DNA of 38,831 nt, the filler included, from a bacterium (lineage in GTDB: Bacteria; RUG730), in the NCBI GenBank assembly GCA_031551405.1. It is 4 parts of 4 records of this genome, joined end to end, with 100 filler letters (N's around TTAATTAATTAA, not from the genome) between each part and the next. Parts side by side here need not be neighbours in the genome. Positions count along the whole stretch, not along the records: positions 36,583 to 38,831 come from JAVBNQ010000005.1; 3 more parts are not named here. One strand, given 5' to 3'. The notes under the pieces were generated by a model. It did no database searches. It was not told where the DNA came from and saw only the letters and a list, made by a program, of their open reading frames with translations. Positions 37,344 through 38,831 of the stretch are shown in pieces (the first letter of the stretch is position 1; every line of letters begins with the position of its first letter). The position numbers were made by a program, and so were the translations under genes.

Positions 37344-38357
37344 ATGAATATACAAAATATTACAATTTTAGGACTTGGAAGCTGGGGTTTTTCTATTGGA
37401 CTTTTGCTTCATGAAAATGGCTTTAATATAAAAATTTGGGACATAAACCAAAAACGTATCGACACCATCCTCAAAACAAAAAAATTCGATTTACTTGAAA
37501 ATCAAGATATCCCGACGAAAGATTCATTTTTTATAACTGACGATTTAGAGAAGGCTTGCGAGAATACTGAGATTATTATCTTCGCAGTTCCTTCTTTTGC
37601 AGTCAGAGACGTGGCTTTGAAATTAAAAAATTTAAATTTTCAAGACAAAATAATTATAAGTTTAGTGAAAGGGCTCGAGGACAATTCTTACCTCACAATG
37701 TCGGAAGTAATAGACGACGTTTTAAAAATAGGTTCTGAGAGAATTTACACGCTCTCTGGTCCGACACACGCCGAGGAAGTTTCTAAAAAAATGCTTACTA
37801 CGATTTTGCTCGCAGGAGAAAACGATAAGATTTTAGAAGAGCTGCAAAAAATATTCTCGAACAAATATTTCAGAGTTTATGTTACAAAAGACAAAAAAGG
37901 CGTGGAGTTCGGAGGAGCAGTCAAAAATATAATTGCGATAGCATGCGGAATTTCCGATGGAATTGGCCTAGGTGACAACATAAAAGCCGCAATAATCACG
38001 AGAGGATTAACGGAAATTGTTCGTCTAGGAAAAACGGTTGGCGCGAATCCTCAAACATTTTTTGGATTATCAGGACTCGGAGATTTGATCGTAACGTGCC
38101 TTAGCCAGCACAGCAGAAATCGCAATTTTGGTGAAAGGCTAGGACGAGGCGAGGCTGCTGAAAATATTTTGAAAGATATGAAAATGGTCGTCGAAGGTGT
38201 GAACGTTTTAAAATCAATTTACAATTTGGCAAAAGAAAAAAATGTCGAAATGCCAATAATCAATGAAATATATAATATTATATATAATAAAAAACCCTCT
38301 AAAGAAGCTGTTTCCAATCTTATGAGCCGCGAGCTCAAGGAAGAAAAAATCTTATGA
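37344..38357 (+). CDS. gpsA: NAD(P)H-dependent glycerol-3-phosphate dehydrogenase
   Basis: GLGSWG, KGLE, LSGPTHAEE, GVEFGGAVKN, GLGDLIVTC.S.HSRN. Confidence 0.97.
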   Translation: MNIQNITILGLGSWGFSIGLLLHENGFNIKIWDINQKRIDTILKTKKFDLLENQDIPTKDSFFITDDLEKACENTEIIIFAVPSFAVRDVALKLKNLNFQDKIIISLVKGLEDNSYLTMSEVIDDVLKIGSERIYTLSGPTHAEEVSKKMLTTILLAGENDKILEELQKIFSNKYFRVYVTKDKKGVEFGGAVKNIIAIACGISDGIGLGDNIKAAIITRGLTEIVRLGKTVGANPQTFFGLSGLGDLIVTCLSQHSRNRNFGERLGRGEAAENILKDMKMVVEGVNVLKSIYNLAKEKNVEMPIINEIYNIIYNKKPSKEAVSNLMSRELKEEKIL

Positions 38358-38371
38358 ATTTAGGGGGAAAA

Positions 38372-38632
38372 ATGAACAAAAATGAAATCGTAGAGGTCAT
38401 TGCTACAAAAACAATCAGCAAAAAACACGCAAGAGAGATTGTTGAACTTGTATTTACGACGTTAAAAGAACGCTTAAAAAACGACGAGAAAATTAGTATT
38501 TCCGGTTTTGGGAGTTTTTCAACAAAATTCAAAAGCGCTAAAGAAGGCAGGAATCCAAAAACCGGTAAAAAGATCGTCATAAAAGAACGTCGGGTTGTAA
38601 AATTTAAAGCCTCGAAAAAATTTTATGAATAA
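38372..38632 (+). CDS. HU/IHF family DNA-binding protein (IhfA-like context)
   Basis: MNKNEIV, ISGFGSF, GRNPKTG, VVKFKAS. Start likely ATG 38372 after GGGGG. Confidence 0.92.
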   Translation: MNKNEIVEVIATKTISKKHAREIVELVFTTLKERLKNDEKISISGFGSFSTKFKSAKEGRNPKTGKKIVIKERRVVKFKASKKFYE

Positions 38633-38635
38633 AAA

Positions 38636-38831
38636 ATGATCAACGAATTAATCTCAGAAAATCTAAAAAACAAAGAATATTTGAGCATTACGGAAGTTTT
38701 TCAACTGACGAGTATTAATGCGCATATCCTGAGATATTGGGAAAAAAACGGGCTGATAACGCCGCTCAAAGTTCACAACGGGCAGCGGCGATACAGCAGC
38801 GAGCATATCAAACAACTTTTCCGCATAAAAA
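38636..38831 (+). CDS. MerR-family HTH regulator, 5' part (runs off window)
   Basis: Manual translation MINELISENLKNKEYLSITEVFQLTSINAHILRYWEKNGLITPLKVHNGQRRYSSEHI. LRYWE...RRY motif, in the known ihfA-MerR gene pair. Confidence 0.88.
   Translation, partial: MINELISENLKNKEYLSITEVFQLTSINAHILRYWEKNGLITPLKVHNGQRRYSSEHIKQLFRIK

Noticed and set aside
382-38580. Numerous 60-142 aa ORFs antisense to or overlapping recognised genes (e.g. 4636-4968, 23270-23698, 28044-28400, 34978-35403)
   Set aside because: Shadow ORFs of well-supported housekeeping genes with no recognisable motifs.
1-38831. Alternative genetic code, or tRNA/rRNA genes
   Set aside because: TGA, TAG and TAA all end full-length conserved genes, and no tRNA cloverleaf or rRNA-like segment was seen in the spacers.

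Overview
AT-rich, gene-dense window from a diderm bacterium (KdsD, TolC, O-antigen-ligase/TPR protein, type IV pilin plus prepilin peptidase). Standard genetic code. Elusimicrobiota-like is only an impression and cannot be verified here. It mostly carries housekeeping genes on the minus strand: miaA-mutL, rlmD, nadE, der, trhP-like U32, ispG, mntP, recN-nadK-ndk-trxA-ruvB, glyQS, pcrA. A pilin/pilD/SDR/LytR_C block and a hisH(partial)-plsY-gpsA-HU/IHF-MerR block lie on the plus strand. Three 100-nt assembly gaps (N44-TTAATTAATTAA-N44) are artificial. The most notable signal is a dispersed, modular, non-coding structured repeat family at four intergenic loci, which includes all three gaps. Two modules of ~160-180 nt (A on -, B on +) sit back-to-back. 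They share an invariant core AACTGTWTGAGC-[variable hairpin]-GCGAGTTTT set in helices whose sequence differs but whose pairing is kept. No transposase or nuclease is in the window. Also notable: a NadE whose glutaminase domain appears to lack all three catalytic residues, and a PilD without the Zn-binding methyltransferase domain.
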